From IMG/VR virus record IMGVR_UViG_3300035670_000055, positions 1 through 64,000 of that record: DNA of 64,000 nt, one strand, 5' to 3'. Source of the stretch: a virus. The translations under genes were made by a program, and so were the position numbers. The notes beneath the pieces were generated by a model. That model saw only the letters and a program-made list of their open reading frames with translations. It did not search any database and was not told where the DNA came from. Below are positions 49,630 through 59,584 of the stretch, piece by piece. The number at the start of each line of letters is the position of its first letter. Positions within the stretch are counted from its first letter, which is position 1.

Positions 49630-50457
49630 ATGCCTACATTTATAAAAACAGGACTTTGGGAAACTAGTACAACAGCACAAGTACCAAAAGGATGGTTAAA
49701 TTTAACAAAATTAATTAAAGATAATTCTGGAGGAAGTTCAGGAAATTACGTGCCTGTTATAGAGGTAACTTATGATGAATTAGTTAATTTAAAAAATACT
49801 TCTTCGTTAAAAAAAGGTCAGAATTATCTATTAACCGATTATGAAACAACTTATATACAACCAGTAACAAATGTAAATAAGAGTAGTGGAGTAGTAGAAC
49901 CTTTAATAATTACAGCAACTGACGTAGATAAACTACACAATCAATGTAAATCTACATTATACCCTCAAGATATTGTATTTTATGAAATAACAGGAGATAC
50001 GGGAGAATGGTATGGAACAGAAGGTTTCACAAAAGGTAAAATTTACAGAAGAATAGACACTAAAAAAAATAATGACATAGGTACAGATTGGAGGCATGTA
50101 AAATATGATAGAAATGGTGTAGATAAATTATTATTTGAAGATTACGCTGACGTTTATAACAACAAAATAGAAACTTATTATTTGTTCAATAATGTAATAG
50201 GAAATGGTTTCTCAAATAATATAATAGGAGATTATTTCCAAAACAATACAATAGGAATTAGTTTCCAGAATAACGGAACTACCTCAATTCCTTTAGTTTC
50301 AGCACACACCGAGTTTAGAAATAGGCTAAGTAACGTTACAAGTTCTACTGAAATTAAAAACCAAAATATAGATGTAGTAGTTTTTAACTCACCTAATGGA
50401 ACACTAAAACAAAGATATTATGACGATTCAAATAATTTAGTAATAAATAATTTATAA
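49630..50457 (+). CDS. fibre-like/structural protein
   Basis: EVTYDELVNL...L..G..Y..TD motif shared with ORF 40362; N.IG..F.N repeats. Confidence 0.55.
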   Translation: MPTFIKTGLWETSTTAQVPKGWLNLTKLIKDNSGGSSGNYVPVIEVTYDELVNLKNTSSLKKGQNYLLTDYETTYIQPVTNVNKSSGVVEPLIITATDVDKLHNQCKSTLYPQDIVFYEITGDTGEWYGTEGFTKGKIYRRIDTKKNNDIGTDWRHVKYDRNGVDKLLFEDYADVYNNKIETYYLFNNVIGNGFSNNIIGDYFQNNTIGISFQNNGTTSIPLVSAHTEFRNRLSNVTSSTEIKNQNIDVVVFNSPNGTLKQRYYDDSNNLVINNL

Positions 50458-50486
50458 TAAAATCAATATTAGGAATAGTATAATGT

Positions 50487-50771
50487 ATGGAAGTAGTAAA
50501 GAAATTTTTTCCTAAAATAATGTCTGAAAACGACACAAATTATTTTGCACATTTGGAAGGTGTAATATCTTCAATAGATGAATTAGCTAATGTACAAATT
50601 ACTAAGAATCCACATTCTTATCAATTTAGAATAGCTCCTTCTATTCCCAGATATTCACAGCCGCTATTGCAGGAAATATTAAAATTTCATAATTTATACA
50701 AAATAAAATTAAATCTTTCTAAGAGTATAAGAACTTCTTCTACAATATTTTTTGAGATAGAGTTAAAATAA
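50487..50771 (+). CDS. hypothetical protein
   Basis: 94-aa ORF in the operon. Confidence 0.6.
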   Translation: MEVVKKFFPKIMSENDTNYFAHLEGVISSIDELANVQITKNPHSYQFRIAPSIPRYSQPLLQEILKFHNLYKIKLNLSKSIRTSSTIFFEIELK

Positions 50772-50810
50772 TTTTGTACATTTGTAATATAATTTTAAAA
50801 CCAAAATAAT

Positions 50811-51029
50811 ATGGCAACTTATGACCCTAGTAAAAAGTACACATGGTCTCCAGAAGACAAATTTGAATTCTCTGGAGCAGAATTTGGATTAATTCTTAAT
50901 ACATTCAGAAAAATTTTAAGTACACCAGAAGCAGAAGTAATTCTATTGGCAAATCAAGCTAATATGATTATTGAAAAAAAGATTTCTGAAGCTGTAGAGA
51001 ACGATGTAGTGAAAGAATCACAAGAATAA
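50811..51029 (+). CDS. hypothetical protein
   Basis: 72-aa ORF preceded by a TACATTTG element. Confidence 0.6.
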   Translation: MATYDPSKKYTWSPEDKFEFSGAEFGLILNTFRKILSTPEAEVILLANQANMIIEKKISEAVENDVVKESQE

Positions 51030-51064
51030 AAATAAAGCCCTCTTAATTGAGGGCTTATTTATTT
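51030..51064. terminator. bidirectional terminator between convergent arms
   Basis: AAGCCCTC-TTAATT-GAGGGCTT flanked by A-rich and T-rich runs. Confidence 0.85.
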
Positions 51065-51718
51065 TATAAGAAAATTAGAAGTTGATATATTATTACCATG
51101 AATATTCCAGATAATATTATCCTTGTTAGTTGTTGGAAAATGTTTTAGTCCTTTTTTCTCCCAATAAATTCTCCATAACATATCATCATTCCACCCAACT
51201 TCTTCATCAGGAATATTTAAAATACATTCTAATCCTTTTTTATTAAAAGCAAAAGTCATAGGCATGTGATAATTACTGTTATTAGGATTACCTCCTAAAT
51301 TATCATAATTTCTATCTGTAAACATAAATATTCCATTCAGTTGTGTAGAAATTCTAGAAGAAGTGGTAGATATATCTGGATTATTTGTAAATGTTTCTAC
51401 GACATTTTTTACATAATCCTTTTTGTATATATCGTCATCATCCATCTTAATAAATATATCATACTGTTCATAATTTGGTACATTTTTTATAGCAAGTATT
51501 TCATTAAAGTGAATATACTTATTTCCTGATTTTGTTACTATTAATTTATCATCTAATAAATCATCGTATATAGGAGAGAAGTTTTGATCATTCCCTCCAT
51601 CTGATACAATGTTTACACTATGTACAATATTCTGATAAGACTGATTCTTTACATTAAGAATACATTGTCTTAACATATATGGTCTATTGTATGAGCATGT
51701 AAAAATTAAAACTTTCAT
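51059..51718 (-). CDS. glycosyltransferase family 2
   Basis: IFTCSYNRP..L..CI..V.NQ, SDG, KMDDDDIY; start ATG 51718 (TAATG overlap). Confidence 0.85.
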   Translation of the reverse strand: MKVLIFTCSYNRPYMLRQCILNVKNQSYQNIVHSVNIVSDGGNDQNFSPIYDDLLDDKLIVTKSGNKYIHFNEILAIKNVPNYEQYDIFIKMDDDDIYKKDYVKNVVETFTNNPDISTTSSRISTQLNGIFMFTDRNYDNLGGNPNNSNYHMPMTFAFNKKGLECILNIPDEEVGWNDDMLWRIYWEKKGLKHFPTTNKDNIIWNIHGNNISTSNFLIK

Positions 51719-52434
51719 TACCAAATATGTGCTACATTACTAAAACATTCTTGATACCCATTAAATTTAATTAAAGGTTTATACTTTTTATCTTTATTCA
51801 TCTTTTTTAGTTTATTTTCTAGATTATATATTTTATTACAACTATCTTCTATAATTTTTATTATAGAATAATTATAAGGCATTTCTTTTTTAGATTTAAA
51901 TCTTTTTTCTATTGTTTGAAAAGTTCTTCCAATTTTATAAAATTCTTCAAAATCATTCCAACATTTTATAATATATATTTTATATGTATGAAAATTTTTT
52001 GATTCTTTAGCAGACTTTTCCCAGTTTTTTTCAGACCACCCTGTTGGATTATTAGAATGTAAAATAGAACTTTTTATATTTTTACATTTGGGACATCCTT
52101 TTTTATTTAAATGATCATTTGCTTCTTGTAAAAAATTACCATGAATTTTACAAGTTATTGTTATTTTATTATGTGCTGTTGTATAGTTAATAAAATCATA
52201 AGTATACTTAAAATTATGTATTAAATTAGCTTTATTAGAATAATATTCATTTTTATTTAGAGCAGTATTTATAGAAGGTATTACACCATTCATTAAATGT
52301 CCTTTTCTTATTTTACATAATCCTAAAGAAGTTTCAACTATAACATATAAATTATTAATTCCTACCTCTTCTAAAATAATAATAGAAGAGGTAGGGAATT
52401 TATTTTTATATTTTGTTATAAAAGAATCTAACAT
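51718..52434 (-). mobile_element. free-standing endonuclease (Zn-ribbon repeats plus GIY-YIG/T5orf172-like C-terminus)
   Basis: ITCKIHG.F....DHL...GCPKC; KIYII...YKIGRT...EKRF...E...K. Confidence 0.8.
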
Positions 52435-52438
52435 TTTA

Positions 52439-52729
52439 TCACCACACATGCGCTACATCAAATACAGACACCATGATAACTTCTTTATCTTCCGATAAAG
52501 GAATTTTTACAACTCCTCTAGCAGCAGAACTAGGATCAATCATAACTTCATCTCCAGGAACAATATGTTCTACACCATTTCCTACAGCATATACTTTTAA
52601 TCTTCCATAAGTTCTAAGCTTTTCTTTTTCTAATTCTATTTTAGATGCTTCATCTAATACTAAATTACTTTTTGGTTCTTCTGGTAATTCCAGATAAATT
52701 CTAGTTCCTAATAATTTTTTAAATTCCAT
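52439..52729 (-). CDS. GroES-like co-chaperonin
   Basis: KLLGTRIYL...KVYAVGNGV..IVPGDEV...DV. Confidence 0.65.
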   Translation of the reverse strand: MEFKKLLGTRIYLELPEEPKSNLVLDEASKIELEKEKLRTYGRLKVYAVGNGVEHIVPGDEVMIDPSSAARGVVKIPLSEDKEVIMVSVFDVAHVW

Positions 52730-52733
52730 ATAA

Positions 52734-53243
52734 TTAATCTTTCCAAGTTAAATATTTTACTAAAGCCATTTGTGCAGAAACCAAAAGATTGAAAGCTTGA
52801 GTTCTTAAAACATTTCTTACCCAACTTGTATTTGCACTATCATTTGTAAGTTTAATATGAACTTTTTCAAGTAAATCTATTTGTTTAGCAGCTAACATTT
52901 TTGCTTCATAAACTTCATCACTTCCAGAAGGATTGAATGTAATTCCTACGGCTTTTTCACCAAATGTTTGTGGTCTTTCTGCATTTTCTATAACATCATA
53001 AGTTTTTTCAAAGACATCTGGTTTGCATGGATAAAATTCTCCATTAATACCTTTAATAATATAATCTCCTTTTGAAGCTTTCATATCTCCTTCTAAAGTA
53101 GGAATTTTTAACTCTAAAGGTTCTTTAAGTTCTGTATATACAGTATCTAGTTTTTTTTCAACGAAAGCTTCAATTTCTTTTTTATTTGCTCCATTGTATT
53201 CTACTGCTTGAACCACTACTGGTTTTTTTACATAATTTTTCAT
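52734..53243 (-). CDS. fusion: conserved phage GDYII/FYPCKPD domain plus Acb2/Tad1-like helical hairpin
   Basis: KKPVVVQA...GDYIIKG..GEFYPCKPDVFEKTY; TFGEKAVGITFNPS...AQMALVK.LTW. Confidence 0.55.
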   Translation of the reverse strand: MKNYVKKPVVVQAVEYNGANKKEIEAFVEKKLDTVYTELKEPLELKIPTLEGDMKASKGDYIIKGINGEFYPCKPDVFEKTYDVIENAERPQTFGEKAVGITFNPSGSDEVYEAKMLAAKQIDLLEKVHIKLTNDSANTSWVRNVLRTQAFNLLVSAQMALVKYLTWKD

Positions 53244-53248
53244 AATGT

Positions 53249-53545
53249 TTATTTATATAGGTTACAAATTAATTTAATATATTTAGAATCTTTTATAAAT
53301 CTAATATCATCTTGAAGTCCAAATTCTCCTTTTTTATAATAAAGTGAAATAAAATAATTAACAACTTCATCATGAGTTCTAAATTTCTTATATCTATACA
53401 GAAAACCTGTTATATGATATAATAGTTCTTCTCCAAATTGAAGTATATTTTTTATTAATCTCGCTTCATCATTATTATATTTTTTTAAAAGGTCTAAATA
53501 ATAATATTGTTTATAAAATATTTGATTTTTCTTAAGAGTGATCAT
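53249..53545 (-). CDS. hypothetical protein
   Basis: 98-aa ORF on the coding strand. Confidence 0.45.
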   Translation of the reverse strand: MITLKKNQIFYKQYYYLDLLKKYNNDEARLIKNILQFGEELLYHITGFLYRYKKFRTHDEVVNYFISLYYKKGEFGLQDDIRFIKDSKYIKLICNLYK

Positions 53546-53609
53546 ATAAATTATTTTAAATATTTTAATCTAGCTAATACTTTTTGTGACATATGTCCAT
53601 CAAATACTT

Positions 53610-53891
53610 TCATATATTTACTAATCTTGTTTGTTCATAAAATCTTTCTATATCTTCTCCAGATAAGTAGATTTCGCTTTGAAATACTTCTACTTGCTTT
53701 CTAACACCTGTAACTTTATTACTATGTGTGTTAATGTTTGGAACTTCTTTTACTCTTTCATGTAAATCATCTAATAATACTACTAATGTATTATCATCTG
53801 TTTGTACAGATCTAATTACTTTGTTGATATTAAAACTGTCTCTAAATGTTTTATCACCTTCTGTTCTGGTGAAAAAGAATTGGTTTCTCAT
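53610..53891 (-). CDS. hypothetical protein
   Basis: 93 aa; ATGA overlap with the upstream gene. Confidence 0.65.
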   Translation of the reverse strand: MRNQFFFTRTEGDKTFRDSFNINKVIRSVQTDDNTLVVLLDDLHERVKEVPNINTHSNKVTGVRKQVEVFQSEIYLSGEDIERFYEQTRLVNI

Positions 53892-54274
53892 AAATTATAT
53901 TTTAATTTTAAATATTTACGTCTATTATTAACTTCTTCATATCTATATATATCACTTTCTACTTGTTGGTGTTCTTCCCAGGTAAGCAGAATTATATTTT
54001 CTTCATCAAATGCTATATCGGGATATTTACTTTTTGGTAAGAGGTGATGAAAGAATGTTGTACGTGGTTCATTTCCTAAAAACTTTCCAGAAACTTCTGA
54101 GAAATGAGGTTTCTTTTTCCATATAGATAGAAAAAAATCTCTCATTTCATCAGTTTTAGTTTCCTTTTTATAACCTTTTAAAATTTTTTTTGTTTTAGGA
54201 ATTGCTTTTTTTGGTTTATGAATGAAACAATATTCTGATTCACTCTTTTTTCCACAAACTTTACAATTCATCAT
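53888..54274 (-). CDS. HNH-fold nuclease (NinG/Ref-like)
   Basis: CxxC...CxxH; HHLLPKS.YP....ENIILL...EH. Confidence 0.7.
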   Translation of the reverse strand: MMNCKVCGKKSESEYCFIHKPKKAIPKTKKILKGYKKETKTDEMRDFFLSIWKKKPHFSEVSGKFLGNEPRTTFFHHLLPKSKYPDIAFDEENIILLTWEEHQQVESDIYRYEEVNNRRKYLKLKYNL

Positions 54275-54714
54275 TCTCCTGTACTGCCAAATCCTCCTGT
54301 ATTTCTTTCTGATTCTAAAAGTTCTTCTGCTTCTTCAAACTCAATTTGTGGATAAGGTAAAATTATAATTTGACCTATTCTATCTCCTATTTCATAACTA
54401 TAACCAAATCCGTAACTACCTTGCCATAAAGTAGATTTAAACTTAAACATAACTTCACCACGATAACCACTATCTAAAACCCCAACAGAATTGCTTAATA
54501 ATAAATCTTTTTTTGCATTACTACTTCTTGGAAATAATAATCCTACATATCCTTTAGGAATTTCAAAAGCTAATCCAGTTCCATATACTATATTTCCATT
54601 ATTATCATAATATTTTGATGCGGCTACTAAATCCATTCCAGCATCCCCATCCTTGCTATAAGTTGGTAAAACACTGTTTTTTGATAATTTTTTAATTTTA
54701 ATTTTTAAATTCAT
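54271..54714 (-). CDS. dut: dUTPase
   Basis: AGMDL, PRSS, GVLDSGYRGE, RIGQ, R..GGFGSTG. Confidence 0.95.
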   Translation of the reverse strand: MNLKIKIKKLSKNSVLPTYSKDGDAGMDLVAASKYYDNNGNIVYGTGLAFEIPKGYVGLLFPRSSNAKKDLLLSNSVGVLDSGYRGEVMFKFKSTLWQGSYGFGYSYEIGDRIGQIIILPYPQIEFEEAEELLESERNTGGFGSTGE

Positions 54715-54715
54715 A

Positions 54716-55819
54716 TTATTCTTCTAATTTTTCTGGTTCACTAAATGCTTCATCTAATGTTTGTACAGGAAGAGATTTTTTTATTTCTGGTTGTTCTAGG
54801 ATTTCTTCAACTATTTCATCATTATCTTCTTCTTTAATCTTTTCAACAATTTTTTCTTTTAATTGTTCAAAGAATTCATCATTCCCATCAATAGATTGTT
54901 TAAATTCTTCAAGGTCATATTTTACTCCGTCAAATGTATATGTTTTGCCATACTTTTTACCTAATCCAAAATCATGAGCAAGATCCATAACTTCTCCAAT
55001 TTTATCAATTCCTTTTCCATATACAATTTCAAAAGAAGATTGTCTATATGGAGGAGACATTTTATTTTTTACTGCTTTTAATTTAGTAATATTACCATAA
55101 GTTACATCACCATCTTTTGCAAGACTCCTAGAAATTTCTACTCTAACATCAGAATAAAATTTAAGAGCATGACCACCTTGAGTTGTTGTAGGATTACCAA
55201 ACATTACTCCTATTTTCTCTCTATATTGGGAAATAACAATAACGCATACATTATGTGCAGAAAGTGCAGTTTTAAGTTTTGGATAAGCATTGCTATTTAA
55301 TAATGCTTTTCTACCAATTGCAGAATCACCTACATCACCATCTAATACTTTTTTAGGAATTAATGATGAATCTGAATCAATAATAACAAGATCAATTTCT
55401 CCTGTATTAATCATTTCCATAGCAATGTTAAAACCTTCTTCACCGCTAGACGGTTGAGCAATTAATAATTTAGTTGTATCAACTCCTAAAGATTTAAAAT
55501 AGCTTTTATCAACAGCATGTTCGCCATCAATATATAATACTGTTCCTCCGTTTTTTTGACAATTTGCAGTTGTATGCCCACATATTGTAGATTTACCAGT
55601 ACCTTCCCAACCCATTAATTCATAAAGTTTACCTTTTACAAATCCTCCTACACCTAGTGTTATATAATCTAATCCGATAGAACCTGATGAAATTACGTCA
55701 TAATCACTATTTGTTTTTGAATCTAATGATAATATTGTTCCTTCACCATAACTTTTATTAAGCTTATCTAAAGCTTCTTGAAATTTACTTTTTGTTTCTG
55801 TTTGTTTTTGTTTTGCCAT
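54716..55819 (-). CDS. recA: RecA recombinase
   Basis: G.EGTGKST Walker A, IDGEHA.D, VIIDS, GGHALKFYSDVR, KNKMSPP. Confidence 0.95.
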   Translation of the reverse strand: MAKQKQTETKSKFQEALDKLNKSYGEGTILSLDSKTNSDYDVISSGSIGLDYITLGVGGFVKGKLYELMGWEGTGKSTICGHTTANCQKNGGTVLYIDGEHAVDKSYFKSLGVDTTKLLIAQPSSGEEGFNIAMEMINTGEIDLVIIDSDSSLIPKKVLDGDVGDSAIGRKALLNSNAYPKLKTALSAHNVCVIVISQYREKIGVMFGNPTTTQGGHALKFYSDVRVEISRSLAKDGDVTYGNITKLKAVKNKMSPPYRQSSFEIVYGKGIDKIGEVMDLAHDFGLGKKYGKTYTFDGVKYDLEEFKQSIDGNDEFFEQLKEKIVEKIKEEDNDEIVEEILEQPEIKKSLPVQTLDEAFSEPEKLEE

Positions 55820-55834
55820 TTTATTGTTGATTTG

Positions 55835-55850
55835 TTTACAAATTTACAAA
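55835..55850 (-). promoter_or_regulatory. -7 promoter element upstream of recA
   Basis: TAAATTTG on the minus strand, about 20 nt upstream of the start. Confidence 0.5.
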
Positions 55851-55874
55851 AATAATTCGTTTTTTCCTATTGTT

Positions 55875-55913
55875 AAAAAAGAAAAAGTCTTAAATTTTCA
55901 TTAAGACTTTTTC
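55875..55913 (-). terminator. terminator after nrdJ
   Basis: GAAAAAGTCTTAA / TTAAGACTTTTTC 13-bp stem, with A6 on the + strand (U tract on minus). Confidence 0.75.
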
Positions 55914-55975
55914 ACATTAACAATAAAACAAAACGAATTATATTACATTTTTACTTTTTATTTATTTATTCCAAA

Positions 55976-58900
55976 CTACCCACATTTACTAGATCCACAA
56001 TCTAAACATTTATTACACCCTTCTTCAAATATTACATTTTCAGAACCGCAATCATTACACTTCACCGTAGACTTTGCGCCATCAGGAATATATTTCTTTA
56101 AAACTCTTACAAGTCCTTTTGTAAAAGAAAATAAATCTCCATTACATTTATTTATCTGTTCTACAATAAACTTAATATCTGCGCCATGTCTTAATGAAAC
56201 AGAGACTAGTCTAGTAATAGCAGCTTGTTCGTCAGTCATTTCAGAAGTAACACTTTCTGAATAAGTCTCCCCATCTTTTATTAAATCATACCTACCTTTA
56301 TTAATTTTCTTCAAAATTAATTCTTGTTCATGTGTAAAGTATTCTGTCACAAATACTTCGTAAGGTTTATTATTAAGTAATCCTACAATAACGTTATATT
56401 TTTTACCATTTGCATTGGTAGTATGGATTTTACATTTAAGTTCTTTAGGTCTTTTGGGAGCATCTACGTAATTAAATTCATCTCTTCCTTTATTTTCTGT
56501 AGTAGAGACTAGAACGCCACTTCTTGAACCATCCCTATAAACCGTAATACCTTTTAATCCTTTATTCCAAGATTCAAAATAAATTTTAGAAACTTCCTCT
56601 TCTGATACATTATTTGGTAAATTAATAGTTGAAGAAATACTATGAGTAGTATATTTTTGTATAATACTCTGCATTTCGACTCTTTTAATCCAATCTATAT
56701 CATTAGCTGTAGAACCATCCCAAGGAGTAGTATGATTATCCAAAAATTCTTTCGTGATTTTAACTAATTCTTCCTGTTCTTCTTTAGTATTAACATCTAG
56801 AGATATATTGATATTGAATAATTTCATATAATCAATTAATTTTGGATGAATTACAGCATATTCTTGCCAACTATCCCCAGACTCGTCCACAAAATCCACT
56901 CGTACATTTTTATCATTAGGATTGATTTTTTTTCTCCTAATATATGGATGTAATGAAAAGATTGGTTCAATTCCAGATGTAGTTTGAGTTAATAAACTTA
57001 CAGTACCAGTAGGGGCTACAGTATTCCAAGATACATTTCTTCTTCCATGTTCAATCATTCTTTTAGCTTGATTAGGATAATTATTACTTATAAAATTATA
57101 AAAAGAATTCTCTCCACCTAATAAATTAAAATCTCCTGGAAATAAAGATTTCCAATCAAATTCTAAAGAACTATTCCAACCTTCAAATGGACCTCTAAGT
57201 ATAGCTAAGTCAATAGTACAATCTAATTCAGCTTCCATTTTAATATGCATTATTTGTTCTACAAATAATAAAGCTTCATCTGAATCATATTTATATCCTA
57301 AAGCAGCTAATGTATCTCCTAAAGCAGTAAAACCAAGTCCTGTTCTTCTGGAAGCTTGTGCTGTCTGTTTAATTTTATTCCATAGTTCAATTTCTGTCCA
57401 TTTAACTTCATTTGATTCTGAGTCTGAATTAAGTTTGTTTAAAATTCTATTAATATGCTCAACTTCTAAATCAATAAGATCATCTGATAACCTCATTGCT
57501 TCATATGTAATTCTATAGAATTTTTCAGAATCAAATTCTACATCTTTTGTAAATGGATTCTTAACAAAGGAATAAAGATTTAATGCTATTAATCTACAAG
57601 CATCATACGGTTGCATAAAAATTTCTCCGCAATTATGAGCTATAACTCCTTGAATAACACCCCAATGAGTATCATCATTTAAACTAAAATCATAAACTGG
57701 TTTAACTTCTGTAATTTTTGCAGATAAAATTTTTGGAGCTTTTGTTAAAATAAGTTCTTTTAAAGAATCTTGTTTATAATTATGAACAAATCCAATATTC
57801 TCTGCAAATTTTAATACTGCCCTATATTTTGAAATATTTAAATCATAAGATTCTTTGCACAAATAAATTCCATTAGAAAATTCAACTTCTTTAGCTTTAT
57901 TTGTAGTAAAATAATTATCAATTCCAAATTCTTGTAATACATTAGATAATTCTAAAATTAATTCTTTACAAGTAGATTTAAAAGATATTCTATGTCCTTT
58001 TATAATACTTCCATTAGCTGACCATAATCCTTTTAAAAACATTAATTTATTATCAGGACTCCAATTATAAAAAGTTGTAGGTAAAGTCCTATTTGGTAAA
58101 ATAGAAGAATCAAATCCTAATTCTTTTAAAATCTCATTAAATCCTCCTAGATAAATTTTTCCAGTAGTCTTTACATTAAATAGCTTAGCAATGTCTTCAT
58201 CTTTTTCACCAATATTAACTTCTATACCTAAATGAGCAGTTGAATCTAGTCTTCCTGTACAACCATCTCCTTGTATAAATCCGTATTTAACAAACTCATT
58301 AATTTTGTCATTTATAATAAAGAAAGGCATTAGTCTATCCTCTTTAGTTATAAATTGAGCTTGTTTTTCTGAACCATCTGTTAACATAAATCTATGATCA
58401 ATTGTGGTTACAATTGTTTCTTTATTACTTAAATTTAATGTGTAAGTAGCTTTCTCTCCTGATTTAAATACTGTTCCAGATACAATTTTTCCATCTTTAT
58501 TTACAAAATCAATATCTTGACCTTCTAAATCTCCAATTTTCTCATACCCATGAGCTGTTAGTATTTTAGTTTCATAGCTAAAACATGGATTAGTTGTTAC
58601 CCCTTTGAATTGAGGATAAACTCCATCAGGTGAATAGTTATGATGATTATCTACAAATATAATTCCTGGTTCTGCGTATCCATGAGCTGATTTAATAACT
58701 TCTTCCCAATATTCTTTAGCTTTAATTTTTTTTGTATAAACAACATCTCTACTTTTTATATGAGAGCATCTATACAATGTATTATATTCTATAGTTTCAT
58801 CTGGGTATAATAATTCTTCTGTACTTGAATTACATGGAAATTTAAGAATGTAATCTTCATCATTTTCTACAGCTTTCATGAATTCATTATTAATTTTAAT

Positions 58901-59536
58901 AGAAATGTTGGCTCCTGTTACAGAAGTACCATCTCTTTTAATTTTAATGAAATCCATTACATCAGGATGGTTAATATCTATTGACAACATTAATGCTCCT
59001 CTTCTTCCATTTTGAGCCACTTCTCTGGTAGTGTTGCTAAATCTATGCATGAATGATACAGCTCCTGTAGTAGTTTTTGCAGCGTTTGAAACAGAAGTAT
59101 TTTTAGGTCTAAGAGTAGATATATCTAATCCTACTCCACCTCTTCTTTTCATTAATTGAGCCATTTCTTCATCTTTTTGAAATATTCCACCATAAGAATC
59201 TTCTGGTGTACCTATTACAAAACAATTAGATAATGAACCTATTGATTTTGCACCTAATTGAGACATAATAGAACCTTGAGGAATTATGTACTTAAAGTCT
59301 TTAAAAAGATTATAAATACTATTTTCTGTCATAAAACCTCTACTTTTACCATAAGTAGATAATAGTCTTAAGTCAGATTCTTTTTTCTGGTATTCATAAT
59401 CTATTCTAAAAAACTCCTTTGCCATTCTTTTATGCATATCATCAGGAATTTCTTCTTCTTCTTGTGCATATTTTCCTAACCATACTGATGATGCTAAATC
59501 ATCTCCATTAAAATAACTTAATAATTTGTCTTGCAT
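55976..59536 (-). CDS. nrdJ: class II (B12-dependent) ribonucleotide reductase, intein-containing
   Basis: SNCFV, GGVG, GRRGA, NP[intein]CGE, TVAPTGT, GLKGITVYRDGSR, C-terminal Zn ribbon. Confidence 0.9.
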   Translation of the reverse strand: MQDKLLSYFNGDDLASSVWLGKYAQEEEEIPDDMHKRMAKEFFRIDYEYQKKESDLRLLSTYGKSRGFMTENSIYNLFKDFKYIIPQGSIMSQLGAKSIGSLSNCFVIGTPEDSYGGIFQKDEEMAQLMKRRGGVGLDISTLRPKNTSVSNAAKTTTGAVSFMHRFSNTTREVAQNGRRGALMLSIDINHPDVMDFIKIKRDGTSVTGANISIKINNEFMKAVENDEDYILKFPCNSSTEELLYPDETIEYNTLYRCSHIKSRDVVYTKKIKAKEYWEEVIKSAHGYAEPGIIFVDNHHNYSPDGVYPQFKGVTTNPCFSYETKILTAHGYEKIGDLEGQDIDFVNKDGKIVSGTVFKSGEKATYTLNLSNKETIVTTIDHRFMLTDGSEKQAQFITKEDRLMPFFIINDKINEFVKYGFIQGDGCTGRLDSTAHLGIEVNIGEKDEDIAKLFNVKTTGKIYLGGFNEILKELGFDSSILPNRTLPTTFYNWSPDNKLMFLKGLWSANGSIIKGHRISFKSTCKELILELSNVLQEFGIDNYFTTNKAKEVEFSNGIYLCKESYDLNISKYRAVLKFAENIGFVHNYKQDSLKELILTKAPKILSAKITEVKPVYDFSLNDDTHWGVIQGVIAHNCGEIFMQPYDACRLIALNLYSFVKNPFTKDVEFDSEKFYRITYEAMRLSDDLIDLEVEHINRILNKLNSDSESNEVKWTEIELWNKIKQTAQASRRTGLGFTALGDTLAALGYKYDSDEALLFVEQIMHIKMEAELDCTIDLAILRGPFEGWNSSLEFDWKSLFPGDFNLLGGENSFYNFISNNYPNQAKRMIEHGRRNVSWNTVAPTGTVSLLTQTTSGIEPIFSLHPYIRRKKINPNDKNVRVDFVDESGDSWQEYAVIHPKLIDYMKLFNINISLDVNTKEEQEELVKITKEFLDNHTTPWDGSTANDIDWIKRVEMQSIIQKYTTHSISSTINLPNNVSEEEVSKIYFESWNKGLKGITVYRDGSRSGVLVSTTENKGRDEFNYVDAPKRPKELKCKIHTTNANGKKYNVIVGLLNNKPYEVFVTEYFTHEQELILKKINKGRYDLIKDGETYSESVTSEMTDEQAAITRLVSVSLRHGADIKFIVEQINKCNGDLFSFTKGLVRVLKKYIPDGAKSTVKCNDCGSENVIFEEGCNKCLDCGSSKCG
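57632..58585 (-). mobile_element. LAGLIDADG intein (318 aa) at RNR catalytic NP/CGE site
   Basis: Starts CFSYETK; T.DHRF block B; GFIQGDG and FLKGLWSANG; VYDFS...IAHN/C. Confidence 0.92.
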
Positions 59537-59584
59537 TTTTATTTAATTTTTTGAGAGCGTGAATTTACAATTTTAATATCAATT

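Noticed and set aside
40362-50457. Diversity-generating retroelement acting on fibres
   Set aside because: No reverse transcriptase and no template/variable repeat pair seen in this window.
51059-51718. GT2 as a DNA-hypermodification enzyme
   Set aside because: Not excluded, but no base hydroxymethylase or related gene is visible in this window, so it was not called.
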